Shown in pieces: positions 1 to 9,486 of a stretch of DNA of 64,000 nt. Each line of letters opens with the position of its first letter. The stretch's first letter is position 1. A program made the translations under genes and the position numbers. The notes under the pieces were generated by a model. That model saw only the letters and a list, made by a program, of their open reading frames with translations. It did no database searches and was not told the origin of the DNA. The stretch comes from Candidatus Poribacteria bacterium (GTDB taxonomy: Bacteria > Poribacteria > WGA-4E > WGA-3G), in NCBI GenBank assembly GCA_022824835.1, contig JAJDZB010000029.1, positions 39,999-103,998 on the forward strand, written 5' to 3'.

Positions 1-1287
1 ACAGTAATTGCATCACATCCCAGCTATCAAACACATCGTTGGCGATGGGAGATGATACCGGACAAAACAGAATATATGTTGGGTGAGCTCAAACTGAAAC
101 CTTTTCTTTCTTTAACGGGAAAGGTAGAAGACACCAAGTCAAATCGGTCACGTCAAGGGCTCACTGTACGTTTAAAGATGCACAATACACCTGCTGATTT
201 CTTCCGTGCAGCAGCGCAGCCTGAACATACTGCTACAACTGATCAGGAAGGGAGATTTGTCTTTGCTGAACTACATCCGATAGATTATAGTTTGACAGTT
301 GCACAAAATGATGGTATCATTGCATATCTTGAAACTGTCAACCCACAAACCGATAACCCGCTACACATCCAATTGCCAAACTTGATAGCGTTACACGGTT
401 CGGTTGTTGATACACAACAGCAACCTTTATCAGATGTGCAAGTACGGACAATCCTTCATGCAAAAGAAAGTGGTGGACACGGCGCACACTTAGCCATGAC
501 ACAAACTGACGAACAGGGTGTCTTCAATCTGCAGGTCATTGCAGCTGCTAACGCACTTCTGTCCGTAGAAGTGTCAAAAAAAGGGTATCTATCAAGGGTT
601 TATCCAAATGTCAAAATTAGCAGAGACCCGGTGCATGTTACACTTGAAAAAGGTCATACAGTTAAGGGAACCGTCATTCTTCCGGTAAATACAGCAGCTA
701 CTTACTATGATATCAAGGTTTTTCCTATAGATGTTGAGATGACACCAAAGTTGGATCCACTGGCATTAAACAAACCTATAATGTCCAGACGATTCGATAT
801 GTCAGCACAAGAATTTGTTCTGGACGGTCTTTTTGGAGGGGAATATAAGTTGTTTATCACAGTAAGCAACTTTACATCAATCGGCATGAACGTAGAAGCA
901 GGTGAAAACGATGATGGTATATTAGTCGTTGCGGATAGACCGACGCGTAGCTTAATGGGGCAAGTGATGTGGTCAGATACGGGTGAACCTGTGGAAAACG
1001 CAGTTGTCGTACGTTCCTGGTATCCCTGGGATTTGGATAGATATGATATGTCATTGACCCTGGACCGCTTTGAAACTGAGACAGATGCTGAAGGAAAGTT
1101 TGTGTTTTCAGGTTTAACGCAAGGACGATACGCCTTACTTATCCGTACTGTTCATACGGTCTGGGTAAATGAAACGCGGAAATATAAACGCATCTATACG
1201 CAGAAGCAGGTTGAAATACCAATTTGTAGTGATAACACACATCATATCTATCTGGGAAGACAGGATGGGAGAACCTTCAAAAAATGA
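1..1287 (+). CDS. Protein with carboxypeptidase-regulatory-like (CarbopepD_reg) beta-sandwich repeats. The 5' end is truncated at the window edge.
   Basis: The ORF frame stays open back to position 1. It has repeated G-x-V-x-D...(T/E)D(A/Q)EG(K/R)F(V)F..L..G.Y.L motifs typical of CarbopepD_reg domains. Its stop overlaps the next start (ATGA). Confidence 0.4.
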   Translation, partial: TVIASHPSYQTHRWRWEMIPDKTEYMLGELKLKPFLSLTGKVEDTKSNRSRQGLTVRLKMHNTPADFFRAAAQPEHTATTDQEGRFVFAELHPIDYSLTVAQNDGIIAYLETVNPQTDNPLHIQLPNLIALHGSVVDTQQQPLSDVQVRTILHAKESGGHGAHLAMTQTDEQGVFNLQVIAAANALLSVEVSKKGYLSRVYPNVKISRDPVHVTLEKGHTVKGTVILPVNTAATYYDIKVFPIDVEMTPKLDPLALNKPIMSRRFDMSAQEFVLDGLFGGEYKLFITVSNFTSIGMNVEAGENDDGILVVADRPTRSLMGQVMWSDTGEPVENAVVVRSWYPWDLDRYDMSLTLDRFETETDAEGKFVFSGLTQGRYALLIRTVHTVWVNETRKYKRIYTQKQVEIPICSDNTHHIYLGRQDGRTFKK

Positions 1288-1988
1288 AAGAATCTGTCAA
1301 CAGCCTCAGCCTGTCAATCATCTTATGTCTCGCTTTTCTCCTACCCTTCCTTCTACAAGGGGACGTAGGTGCTGTAACATGGCAGGATGAATTCGATCTT
1401 GAGACGCAAGAAAATTGGCAATTACGAGGAGATGATTCTACCTGGCGAATTGAGGAAGGATACTTGCGCGCAAAAATCAACACCAAAAAGCAGTGGACGA
1501 CTATGTTTGAAGTCTTTGAATATACTAACCATGTAGGAGAGTTCAATAACATTACAATAAAAGCAGAAAACATAGGAGCATCCGGAGACGTCAAATTTGG
1601 TATAGTGATTGGTAAACACTTCCTAAATGACAATGGGGATTTAAAGGAAACAGGTTATTACCTGTTTCTCACAAATGATATGCAGGCATTAAGGGATGGA
1701 AAGGTGTTTCTTAGTACGGGCAGACGCTGGAATACTGATGTGCTTTACCAAATGACACTGCGCTTCAATGAAGGTAGATTTCAGTTTTTTGGTAATGACG
1801 AAACACGCATGGACTTTATAGATGCAAATCTAAAGACGATCGATTTCTTCGGTTTTGTCCTCGTCGGATATGTTACAGATTTGCCGAATACAGGTGAAGG
1901 ATACGTGGAACGCGTTACAATCTCCGGACTACCTGTAACAGCAAAAGATAAATTAACAACAACCTGGGGAGAGTTGAAGCAAGATTAA
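1284..1988 (+). CDS. Secreted concanavalin A-like (DUF1080/LamG-like jelly-roll) protein, paralog A1.
   Basis: It has an N-terminal signal peptide (MKESVNSLSLSIILCLAFLLPFLLQG). The 'WQDEFD...W...G...W.IEEG.L' start is typical of DUF1080-like lectin-fold proteins. The C-terminal KLTTTWGELKQD motif is shared with the genes at 2779..3477 and 48593..49342. Confidence 0.45.
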   Translation: MKESVNSLSLSIILCLAFLLPFLLQGDVGAVTWQDEFDLETQENWQLRGDDSTWRIEEGYLRAKINTKKQWTTMFEVFEYTNHVGEFNNITIKAENIGASGDVKFGIVIGKHFLNDNGDLKETGYYLFLTNDMQALRDGKVFLSTGRRWNTDVLYQMTLRFNEGRFQFFGNDETRMDFIDANLKTIDFFGFVLVGYVTDLPNTGEGYVERVTISGLPVTAKDKLTTTWGELKQD

Positions 1989-2015
1989 ACGCATACAAGC
2001 AGATGTTACACACTT

Positions 2016-2759
2016 ATGTTACAGAAGAATTTAGACCTTATTTTTAATTTATTCTTATTGATAGTACTAATTTCTGTTGCGTTCTGGGGTAAATTTGCAG
2101 GTGCAAGGTTAAACCCCCATGAACGTGCAAATCCAACCGCGTCCGGTGCATATTATCGCACACCCGGCAAAAATGGAAAATGGTTTGGTCCCGAAATTAA
2201 CTCGCTCACACTTTGTAAGGACACACACAACGTCTTTAACAATAGAGGCTTTTTTGACATAGTAGAAACGATTGAAAACGCAGTGGTATCTAAGTCTGAT
2301 ATTAGGGGCGCGCTGCACTGGTACAGGCGACAGAAGTGGACATTTGCAGATGACAACACGCCGTGGGGTACAAATGTGTCCATTATCACGTTGCATGACG
2401 ATCTTGGGTGGAGTGAGATAAGTACTGGAGGCGGGACAACCGGTTATCCGTGGAGTGGAATAGAACGGCATTGGCGCGATGGAAATATCATAAGACAACA
2501 AGCAACTGTGATGGGATGGCGACAGTATGCACGCGGGAGAGAACGATGGGTCTGTCCAATGTACTTCAAAATCGGGGGCTGGCAAGGAGAAGACCTTGAA
2601 GTACACTGCCAAACATATAGAACATGGTTCCCACCTGATTGGCAAGAACTGAAACAACGGGATGGCGACTTCGGGTTCCCAGTCGAACGTAAACCCGGGA
2701 TCATCAGCCGCAGAGGAAAACTAACACATAGATGGTATGATTGTATAAAAATCAACTGA
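2016..2759 (+). CDS. Hypothetical membrane-anchored protein.
   Basis: It has an N-terminal hydrophobic segment (IFNLFLLIVLISVAFW). It is W- and G-rich with no recognisable catalytic motifs. Confidence 0.3.
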   Translation: MLQKNLDLIFNLFLLIVLISVAFWGKFAGARLNPHERANPTASGAYYRTPGKNGKWFGPEINSLTLCKDTHNVFNNRGFFDIVETIENAVVSKSDIRGALHWYRRQKWTFADDNTPWGTNVSIITLHDDLGWSEISTGGGTTGYPWSGIERHWRDGNIIRQQATVMGWRQYARGRERWVCPMYFKIGGWQGEDLEVHCQTYRTWFPPDWQELKQRDGDFGFPVERKPGIISRRGKLTHRWYDCIKIN

Positions 2760-2778
2760 ACATCGTTTAGGTATAGAT

Positions 2779-3477
2779 ATGCGAACTATTCTGATCTTAC
2801 TAATCCTCATGTATTTATCCGTTAACAACACCGTTTCCACATCGGCAGATATATGGCACGATGACTTTGATATGGAGAATACCGAAGCATGGAAAAACAT
2901 CGGTGATAGAAGAGTGTGGAAAGTGGTTGATGGCATGTTACGCATTGAAGTCAATAGAGACTGGGCAGTTGGATATGAACTCTATGAACTCATAGCATTT
3001 CCCGGACACCATAGGGATTTTGTCGTTACAATCAAGAATTTTGGGGGTGACAAACTCCGTTTCGGTTTCTGCGTAGGACGACGTTTTCCTGAAACTGCTG
3101 ATGAAGACCCGTTCTATTATGTATTTTTTCCTGATGAAATTAGAGCACGACGTTTCAACGGCAGAGGCACCAGCCATCCTTTTCGGTATAGGTTGTCTCG
3201 TGAACCACGTCAACGTTGGAACACAGACGTTATAGAGGAGATGGAGTTACATTTTAACTCAGGTTTCTTCCTGCTGTTTGTTGATGGGGAATTCCGGACA
3301 AAATTCAAAGATTCAAACTTCAATCGGATAGAGATTCTCGGTTTTGTTGTGGAAGGAATCAACATCGCTAACGTATGGGAAGCTGAAGGTTGGGTTGATT
3401 CGTTCACTATTTCTGGTCTCAACGTCTCAGCAGAAGTTAAGGCAACAGAAACGTGGGCAGAAATAAAAGGGAACTGA
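2779..3477 (+). CDS. Secreted concanavalin A-like (DUF1080/LamG-like) protein, paralog A2.
   Basis: It has a signal peptide. 'IWHDDFDMENTEAWKNIGDRRVWKVVDGMLRIEV' parallels the start of the gene at 1284. The C-terminal KATETWAEIKGN motif is present. Confidence 0.45.
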   Translation: MRTILILLILMYLSVNNTVSTSADIWHDDFDMENTEAWKNIGDRRVWKVVDGMLRIEVNRDWAVGYELYELIAFPGHHRDFVVTIKNFGGDKLRFGFCVGRRFPETADEDPFYYVFFPDEIRARRFNGRGTSHPFRYRLSREPRQRWNTDVIEEMELHFNSGFFLLFVDGEFRTKFKDSNFNRIEILGFVVEGINIANVWEAEGWVDSFTISGLNVSAEVKATETWAEIKGN

Positions 3478-3497
3478 CAACTTTTTCTATAGTTTGG

Positions 3498-4226
3498 CTA
3501 ACGAACACTGCAAATTGCATCAGCACGTAGAATCTCATAATGAGGTAAACACTCAGATAATACACCTTCCAATTCCGTAGGAAAAGGTTCGCTTTTCGGT
3601 TTATACGGAACGAATCCTACGCTCCGATGCACGTTCTCATACCAATGCGGAGCCCAAACACCATCCGAAGGATGTCCACCACGCGTCCAAGACAGCATGT
3701 CTTCCTCAAACGGTATATCCAACTGAGAACAGAGGATTGACAAAACATGCTTCGGATTAAGCAACAATTCCTTTGCATCTAAGATAGGTGGTATCTGTCC
3801 AATCTTCCGTAATTCAGTCAATAGGTCAGCTTGAATCTTCAAACCCGTATCCTTCAAGGTAGGAATCCCAATTACTTTCGTTAATGAAGGAAGCATCTCC
3901 TTCGGATCACGAATGAGTAAGACATTCACAGTCTCCTGCAAGAATGCTCTGTTAATATTAACAAGATGATGTGCCATCATTTTCATGAAAAGCACAGGTT
4001 TAGCACATGCACCTAAAATAACATCCCGAATCACTACATCCACATCCGTTTCCATTGCGGAAATAACTGCATCTCGACCAGGATGCATTGCACCGGTCGT
4101 GTGTAGATAGTGAGCATATAACGGTTCATCAATAACTTCTGTATCACTCCGTTGTGCAAAAGCGTACATCAGAGCGGTCGATATATTCCGTGGTCCTGAC
4201 CAAAGGCACACTCTTTTCGTTTGCAT
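3498..4226 (-). CDS. P-loop sulfotransferase-like family protein.
   Basis: The N-terminal 'LWSGPRNISTALMYAF' resembles the PAPS-binding P-loop of sulfotransferase-family proteins. The assignment is tentative. Confidence 0.3.
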   Translation of the reverse strand: MQTKRVCLWSGPRNISTALMYAFAQRSDTEVIDEPLYAHYLHTTGAMHPGRDAVISAMETDVDVVIRDVILGACAKPVLFMKMMAHHLVNINRAFLQETVNVLLIRDPKEMLPSLTKVIGIPTLKDTGLKIQADLLTELRKIGQIPPILDAKELLLNPKHVLSILCSQLDIPFEEDMLSWTRGGHPSDGVWAPHWYENVHRSVGFVPYKPKSEPFPTELEGVLSECLPHYEILRADAICSVR

Positions 4227-4250
4227 GTGTATCCTCTAAATTTTATCTGA

Positions 4251-4835
4251 TTACCAACGCATTGCCGCTTCTCGGTAGAGTTGTATCTGTTCCATATTGC
4301 GTGGTACTGTTGCTTGTATAGATTTTCGTTTACGATTAAGATCCTTCAAAACTATCGGTGCGCGAAGCATATTCCTAAGTGTAACAATCCCAGACTCATA
4401 ATACACCCACATCCGTTGTTCTGTATAAGGATTGAGCACATACACGGAATTAAGATTCTCCGATTTACCCACGATTTCTGAGAATGAATCGTATTCGGGA
4501 TAGGTAAGTTCAATTGTCTTGTCGTATCCCTCAAGAAACATCTGATCCGGAGGGGGTTTGGGGGAATATCCACTCAATTTACACCTACAAAACTGTATCG
4601 GTGCAGCTGATTTGTTGATCAGATGGAGAGAAACCACAATGGATAAACGATTATTGTCATCACGATTGATAAACCATGTATCCTCCTGAATTAGGTTGAC
4701 CGTCAAACCGGGAATTTGCCTCCATCTGTGATATACGATTGCCAATGCAATCACGCATCCTAATATGAGTATCACCCACTGTCCTGTTGAAGATGCTATG
4801 AACTTTAGGAGTTCTTTAAATATCTGTTGTAACAA
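4251..4835 (-). CDS. Hypothetical membrane-anchored protein, downstream of tsaC in the same orientation.
   Basis: It has an N-terminal TM helix (WVILILGCVIALAIVY). Its start overlaps the end of tsaC. Confidence 0.35.
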   Translation of the reverse strand: MLQQIFKELLKFIASSTGQWVILILGCVIALAIVYHRWRQIPGLTVNLIQEDTWFINRDDNNRLSIVVSLHLINKSAAPIQFCRCKLSGYSPKPPPDQMFLEGYDKTIELTYPEYDSFSEIVGKSENLNSVYVLNPYTEQRMWVYYESGIVTLRNMLRAPIVLKDLNRKRKSIQATVPRNMEQIQLYREAAMRW

Positions 4836-5431
4836 ATCAACTCCTTCTCAAGTGTTTCATCAGAAATTACGCCTTGCCGATGAACAACGGGGGGTGATAT
4901 TGAAATATCGTAAACTGTTGATGGTATAGAGCCTGATGTCTTTCCATCATCAACGATGTAATCTAATCGAGAACTGAGTTCTTCTCCAAATTCCGATGGT
5001 GAGGTGGCTGCTGGTGTTCCTGAAAGATTCGCACTCGTTATTGCAAGGGGACCTCCGAATTCTTGAAGTATGCGTAATAGTAAGGGTTGATCTGGTATGC
5101 GTAATCCCACAGTATTACCGCCTGCTGTCAACTGAGGCAGCAACCCTTTTGCCTCTACAATGATTGTTAATCCACCTGGCCAAAACTTATCTATCAGATG
5201 ATAAAAGAATCCTGGCAAGTTCTGTGCTACCCTTTCTACATCCTCAGTTGAGCCTAAAACTAAGGGGATCGGTTTCTCTTCTGGTCGTCCCTTTACCGTA
5301 TATAGTTTCTGCACTGCCTCTATATTAAATGGATCAGCACCTATACCGTACACTGTATCAGTTGGAACAGCAATAATTCCCCCAGACTTTATACAGTTCA
5401 CAGCTGATTCAATACGTGTGTCACATTCCAC
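4805..5431 (-). CDS. tsaC: L-threonylcarbamoyladenylate synthase (YrdC/Sua5/TsaC family).
   Basis: 'GGIIAVPTDTVYGIGADPFNIEAVQKLYTVKGRPEEKPIPLVLG' is the YrdC-domain signature. Confidence 0.75.
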   Translation of the reverse strand: MECDTRIESAVNCIKSGGIIAVPTDTVYGIGADPFNIEAVQKLYTVKGRPEEKPIPLVLGSTEDVERVAQNLPGFFYHLIDKFWPGGLTIIVEAKGLLPQLTAGGNTVGLRIPDQPLLLRILQEFGGPLAITSANLSGTPAATSPSEFGEELSSRLDYIVDDGKTSGSIPSTVYDISISPPVVHRQGVISDETLEKELICYNRYLKNS

Positions 5432-5445
5432 GACTATTACTCCAG

Positions 5446-6468
5446 TTAGACATCAACTATTGAACCGTTTGCTGCAGCATTGAGAGAGAGCGCATCACGT
5501 TGTCCTTGCTGATATTTTTCATAGGCGATCCCTGCAATCATAGCTCCATTATCCGTACATAAACTAAATGGAGGATAATATACTTCCGCACCAATTTCTT
5601 GTGCATGTTCCTTTAGAGATGACCTTAGTTTACTGTTGGCAGCAACCCCGCCAGTTAGTGTTATCGTATGACAACCAGTATTCTTTGCGGCTTGAACAGT
5701 CTTTGCTACAAGTACGTCAACAACTGCTGCTTGGAAACTTGCAGCAATATCTTCAATGGTAACTTGACCGTTTTCTATTGTGCCCGCGTGTTCTGCCTTT
5801 TCCACGAAGTATCGGACCGAGGTTTTTACCCCACTAAAACTGAATTGATAGTCGCCGCTGCGGAGCATTGGACGGGGAAAGTCAATAGCTGTCGGATCAC
5901 CTTTCTGTGCAAGTTCATCTATGATCTTTCCTCCCGGAAAACCGAGACCGAGATACTTGGCAACTTTATCATAGACTTCACCCGCAGCATCATCTTGTGT
6001 TGTTCCGAGAACCTTATAATTCCATCCTTCATGAACTTCTACGAGCAAGGTATGTCCACCAGATACAGTCAAACAGATATGCGGAAAGGTTAGGTTATCG
6101 TGCACCATGTAATTGGCGTAGATGTGTCCTTCAATGTGATTGATGCCGAGCAGTGGAAGATTGTGACAGTATGCAAGACTTTTAGCTGCAGCCACACCAA
6201 TCAGTAAAGCACCAATCAGACCTGGTCGGTTTGTCACAGCAACCGCATCTATATCATCAAAAGTCGTATCTGCTTCAACGAGTGCTCTGTTGACGATATA
6301 ATTGATTGACTCTATGTGCTTGCGGGATGCCAATTCTGGCACAATACCCCCGTATGCCTCATGTGCTTTTATCTGTGATGCAACGATGTTTGATTGCACA
6401 TCACGACCATCAACTACTATAGCAGCAGCTGTTTCATCACAAGAGGTATCTATTCCGAGTATCTTCAC
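5446..6468 (-). CDS. tsaD: tRNA N6-adenosine threonylcarbamoyltransferase (Kae1/Gcp/TsaD).
   Basis: 'MKILGIDTSCDETAAAIV...' and HIEGH (metal-binding, ASKH-fold) are typical of TsaD. Confidence 0.85.
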   Translation of the reverse strand: MKILGIDTSCDETAAAIVVDGRDVQSNIVASQIKAHEAYGGIVPELASRKHIESINYIVNRALVEADTTFDDIDAVAVTNRPGLIGALLIGVAAAKSLAYCHNLPLLGINHIEGHIYANYMVHDNLTFPHICLTVSGGHTLLVEVHEGWNYKVLGTTQDDAAGEVYDKVAKYLGLGFPGGKIIDELAQKGDPTAIDFPRPMLRSGDYQFSFSGVKTSVRYFVEKAEHAGTIENGQVTIEDIAASFQAAVVDVLVAKTVQAAKNTGCHTITLTGGVAANSKLRSSLKEHAQEIGAEVYYPPFSLCTDNGAMIAGIAYEKYQQGQRDALSLNAAANGSIVDV

Positions 6469-6486
6469 AATGTTATCTTTTAGCTA

Positions 6487-6723
6487 CTACTTACCGTTCT
6501 TTGAAAAGTCAATGTCCTCAAAAGTTTCTGCGGTGAGGACCTGGTCAAATAGTTCATCAAGGTGGTCAAGGTCATCTATAGCAGTAATCGCATTGAGAAC
6601 AGTGTCTGACTTCTCAGCGAACCGATACTGTACTATTTTGATAACGGCTGTCCGTTTCTCGTTGATTCTGCCGCGTTGTAATACGGCTTCGTAAATAGGT
6701 GATTCTTGCATTATTGCCTCCAA
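6487..6723 (-). CDS. Small protein of DUF4351-like character.
   Basis: A 78-aa ORF resembling the C-terminal domain often found in PD-(D/E)XK/Rpn-associated small proteins. The call is weak. Confidence 0.25.
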   Translation of the reverse strand: MEAIMQESPIYEAVLQRGRINEKRTAVIKIVQYRFAEKSDTVLNAITAIDDLDHLDELFDQVLTAETFEDIDFSKNGK

Positions 6724-6983
6724 TTTCCCATCTTCAAAAAGTTCAGATGGATGAATTAAACCCCCAAATACAGAGTAACTTCACCGTGGGTTGCTCAGTG
6801 TTCAGAGAGTCCATCACTATCACCTGTTTTGTTTTCATAGTCGCCGCTGCAAGGTGGTTGGGTGAGTATCCTCCCAAATGTTTGAATAGTTCATCATAAT
6901 GTGTCATGGTAAGTATTATACACTATAATTCAGGAAAATATCAAGGAGATGCGGGTATGTAAAGTTTTTGTCACTCTATTGGT

Positions 6984-7357
6984 CAGAATCGCGGATTACG
7001 CGGAAGGGGTTTCTTGTGCATTTTATGTTTACTTTCACAAGTTGGCGCGGATCTGACTGTTAAGGGGCAAAATATTTACGCGTCCGTTTTTGTACATAGT
7101 ACTCCGCTGGTGTGCAGCCCGTTGACAATCCTATTTCTATCGATATATTGCTCCGCTGGAGCATGGGTTCAGCGATCCTTCTTTCTGTCAATAAACATTC
7201 AATACCTTCACCAAGAAGATACATTCTGTTAGATTGTGCCTTTCTTTGTAGCACATTCTTTCAGAATGTACTTCTTTGTAACTGATCAATTTCATATAAT
7301 GATCCAGAAAATCCTTCCGTGCAAGCTATGTTAACTGGCACGTAATCCGCGATTCAG
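6984..7357. repeat. Pair of 17-bp inverted repeats flanking about 340 bp inside a large non-coding region.
   Basis: cagaatcgcggattacg at 6984-7000 and its near-perfect reverse complement cgtaatccgcgattcag at 7341-7357, with one mismatch. Confidence 0.4.
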
Positions 7358-7564
7358 ACAGATAGAGTGATAAGATATTTACACAACCCAGTTCATCTCA
7401 TCAAGGGATCCTTATCCTTCGAGTTGTCTGAACCTGGATTTACAGGATTAGAGGATTTTCAAGATAAGAGACATCTTCTCGTATTATATTCTACTGAGAA
7501 TGTGAAACCATTTGCGGTTCATTTCATGAAGTGAGTCTTATCCTGAAAATCCTGGTTTAGACAA

Positions 7565-9445
7565 TTATTTCAATATTAACATTTTCCGTGATGCAGTGAA
7601 ATCGCCAGCTTTAAGCGTATAGAAGAAAACACCACTTGCGACAGATTCACCTACTGCGTTTTTGCCATCCCAATATGCAGCACGACTTCTGTTGTGATAA
7701 ACACCTGCAACTTGGTGACCTAACGCCAATGTTCGAATCAATTGCCCATCTGCAGCATAGATGGAGACACTCACTTCTGCAGACTTTGCTAACTGATACG
7801 GTATCCACGTCTCCGGATTAAACGGGTTCGGGTAGTTTGCTAACAGTGCTGTCTCTTGCGGAACGAGGGATGCCAAAAGACGTTCCAAGTTCGCTATACC
7901 TTGTCGGAACACCAAAGAACCGTCGTTTTCAAGCTGCGCAAGTTCTAACCATTTTTTGACGAGTGCTGGGTCAACACCATCTAACTTCACAACACTTTCA
8001 GGTGCAGCAGCATTTGTTGTCTCCCCAAAATGTCCAGCGACAAGCACCAAGTCTAAGATATTGATACTCCCATCAGCATTGACATCTGCGCGTGGGACGG
8101 CTGTGATCGATCCGCCGATGTTTTGTCCCACAAGCACTAAATCCAATATGTTGACGCTACCGTCCTCATTCACATCCCATGCAGGATACGCGGGCTTTGG
8201 CGTAATCATGAGTTCCGCGGGTTCAAGATGTGGTCTCGTAAGCATGCCTTCACTATCGCTGAAGAGGATCTCTGTGATTTTCAAGGTAGTAACTTCTTCA
8301 CTGATTATATCAAACGTAAGTGTCACAAGTGTGCCATCCCCGTTGGTTTCTCCGACAAGGGACGTTGCTGCAACCGTCACAGTGTTTCCTACGATAATCG
8401 GTTGTATTATGTTTGGGTCTGCTGGTAGGAAATCAGCGTTGGCACTTGAAACATAACGGAGCGCGGATTCATCAAACTGTACAGTTGCCTGATAGCCTGA
8501 GATATTCTCTCCACCGGTAACGTTCAGGTTCAGCATAAGTTGCTCGCCGACAACCGGGGATGCCGAGGGGGCGGGAGATAAACTGACCGTAGCATCTACA
8601 AGTGGTATTATGTCTGGTGCTATGCTCAATGCAATACCAACGGGTGTTTGTAATCCTGAGACAATTGTTTCAACGTTTGATCCATCAAGATTCGCACGCT
8701 GAATTGCACCTGGAGAACCACCATGGTCGGGAGAAGTCCAATACATCTTACTATTTTGCAAATCTAATGTGATTCCTCCTGGAAATTGCAAACCGTCTAC
8801 AATGTCCTGTAGGTTTGAACCGTCAAAATTTGCACGTTGGATTTTCCCAGAATTAGGAATTATTTGACTCGTCGTAGATTCATATTGCCAATGGTTTGCC
8901 CAATACATGTGCTGATTCTCAATATCCAAAGAGAGGTAAGCAAGAAAACCCGATACGTTCGCTAAGTCCTCAACGTCAGTTCCATCAAGGTTTGCACGCC
9001 TAATTTTGTTAACGTCAGTCCAATACATCTTACCACCTGACAGATCTAAAGCGAGACCACGCGGAGTCACTAAAGTACTAACAAGCGTTTCAATGTTTGT
9101 ACCGTCCAAATTTGATCTCTGAATCGTATTCTGTCCTCTCTGAGATTCATTCCAATGGATCCAGTACATTTTTCGTGACGATAGGTCTAAAGCCAACGCC
9201 TCTTTAATGCTATCATCACCAGTAACAAGTATTTCAATATTTGATCCGTCAAGGTTTGCACGTCTGATGGAATTATTTCCATTCCAGTCATTCCAATACA
9301 TCTTTCCATTAGAAACATCTAAGGAAATTCCTACTGGTCTACTTAACCCAGTAATAATGTCTTGCACATTTGAACCATCAAGATGAGCGCGTTGGACTTT
9401 TCCAGATAGAAAGTCTGTCCAATACACATACTCAGGTTCTTCCAT
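7565..9445 (-). CDS. Secreted YWTD (LDL-receptor class B) beta-propeller protein with two dockerin-type repeats and a T9SS-type C-terminal sorting domain (FlgD-Ig/Por_Secre_tail-like).
   Basis: It has repeated '...MYW(T/A)D...IRRANLDGSN...' YWTD blades. The dockerin repeats are 'DVNEDGSVNILDLVLVGQ' and 'DVNADGSINILDLVLVAGHFG'. The C-terminus 'NYPNPFNPETWIPYQL...VSIYAADGQLIRTL...AYWDG...ASGVFFYTLKAGDF...KMLILK' matches the T9SS type-A CTD consensus. Confidence 0.6.
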   Translation of the reverse strand: MEEPEYVYWTDFLSGKVQRAHLDGSNVQDIITGLSRPVGISLDVSNGKMYWNDWNGNNSIRRANLDGSNIEILVTGDDSIKEALALDLSSRKMYWIHWNESQRGQNTIQRSNLDGTNIETLVSTLVTPRGLALDLSGGKMYWTDVNKIRRANLDGTDVEDLANVSGFLAYLSLDIENQHMYWANHWQYESTTSQIIPNSGKIQRANFDGSNLQDIVDGLQFPGGITLDLQNSKMYWTSPDHGGSPGAIQRANLDGSNVETIVSGLQTPVGIALSIAPDIIPLVDATVSLSPAPSASPVVGEQLMLNLNVTGGENISGYQATVQFDESALRYVSSANADFLPADPNIIQPIIVGNTVTVAATSLVGETNGDGTLVTLTFDIISEEVTTLKITEILFSDSEGMLTRPHLEPAELMITPKPAYPAWDVNEDGSVNILDLVLVGQNIGGSITAVPRADVNADGSINILDLVLVAGHFGETTNAAAPESVVKLDGVDPALVKKWLELAQLENDGSLVFRQGIANLERLLASLVPQETALLANYPNPFNPETWIPYQLAKSAEVSVSIYAADGQLIRTLALGHQVAGVYHNRSRAAYWDGKNAVGESVASGVFFYTLKAGDFTASRKMLILK

Positions 9446-9486
9446 GACAGGTTGTGAGGGAACTGTTGTAGACCCTTCCTCTGATA

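Noticed and set aside
2109-2755. Minus-strand ORFs (182 aa, 103 aa, 78 aa) inside the gene at 2016-2759.
   Set aside because: They are antisense to a longer ORF with a plausible signal/anchor and are Cys/Pro-rich low-complexity translations.
6724-7564. A tRNA, tmRNA or RNase P RNA in the large non-coding region.
   Set aside because: No cloverleaf-compatible T-arm (GTTCRANYC) or acceptor/CCA context was found. The RNase P 'AGGAAAGTCCGGGC' and tmRNA tag-reading-frame signatures are absent.
7956-8456. A 166-aa plus-strand ORF inside the YWTD gene.
   Set aside because: It is antisense to a strongly supported repeat protein and has a S/T/P low-complexity translation.
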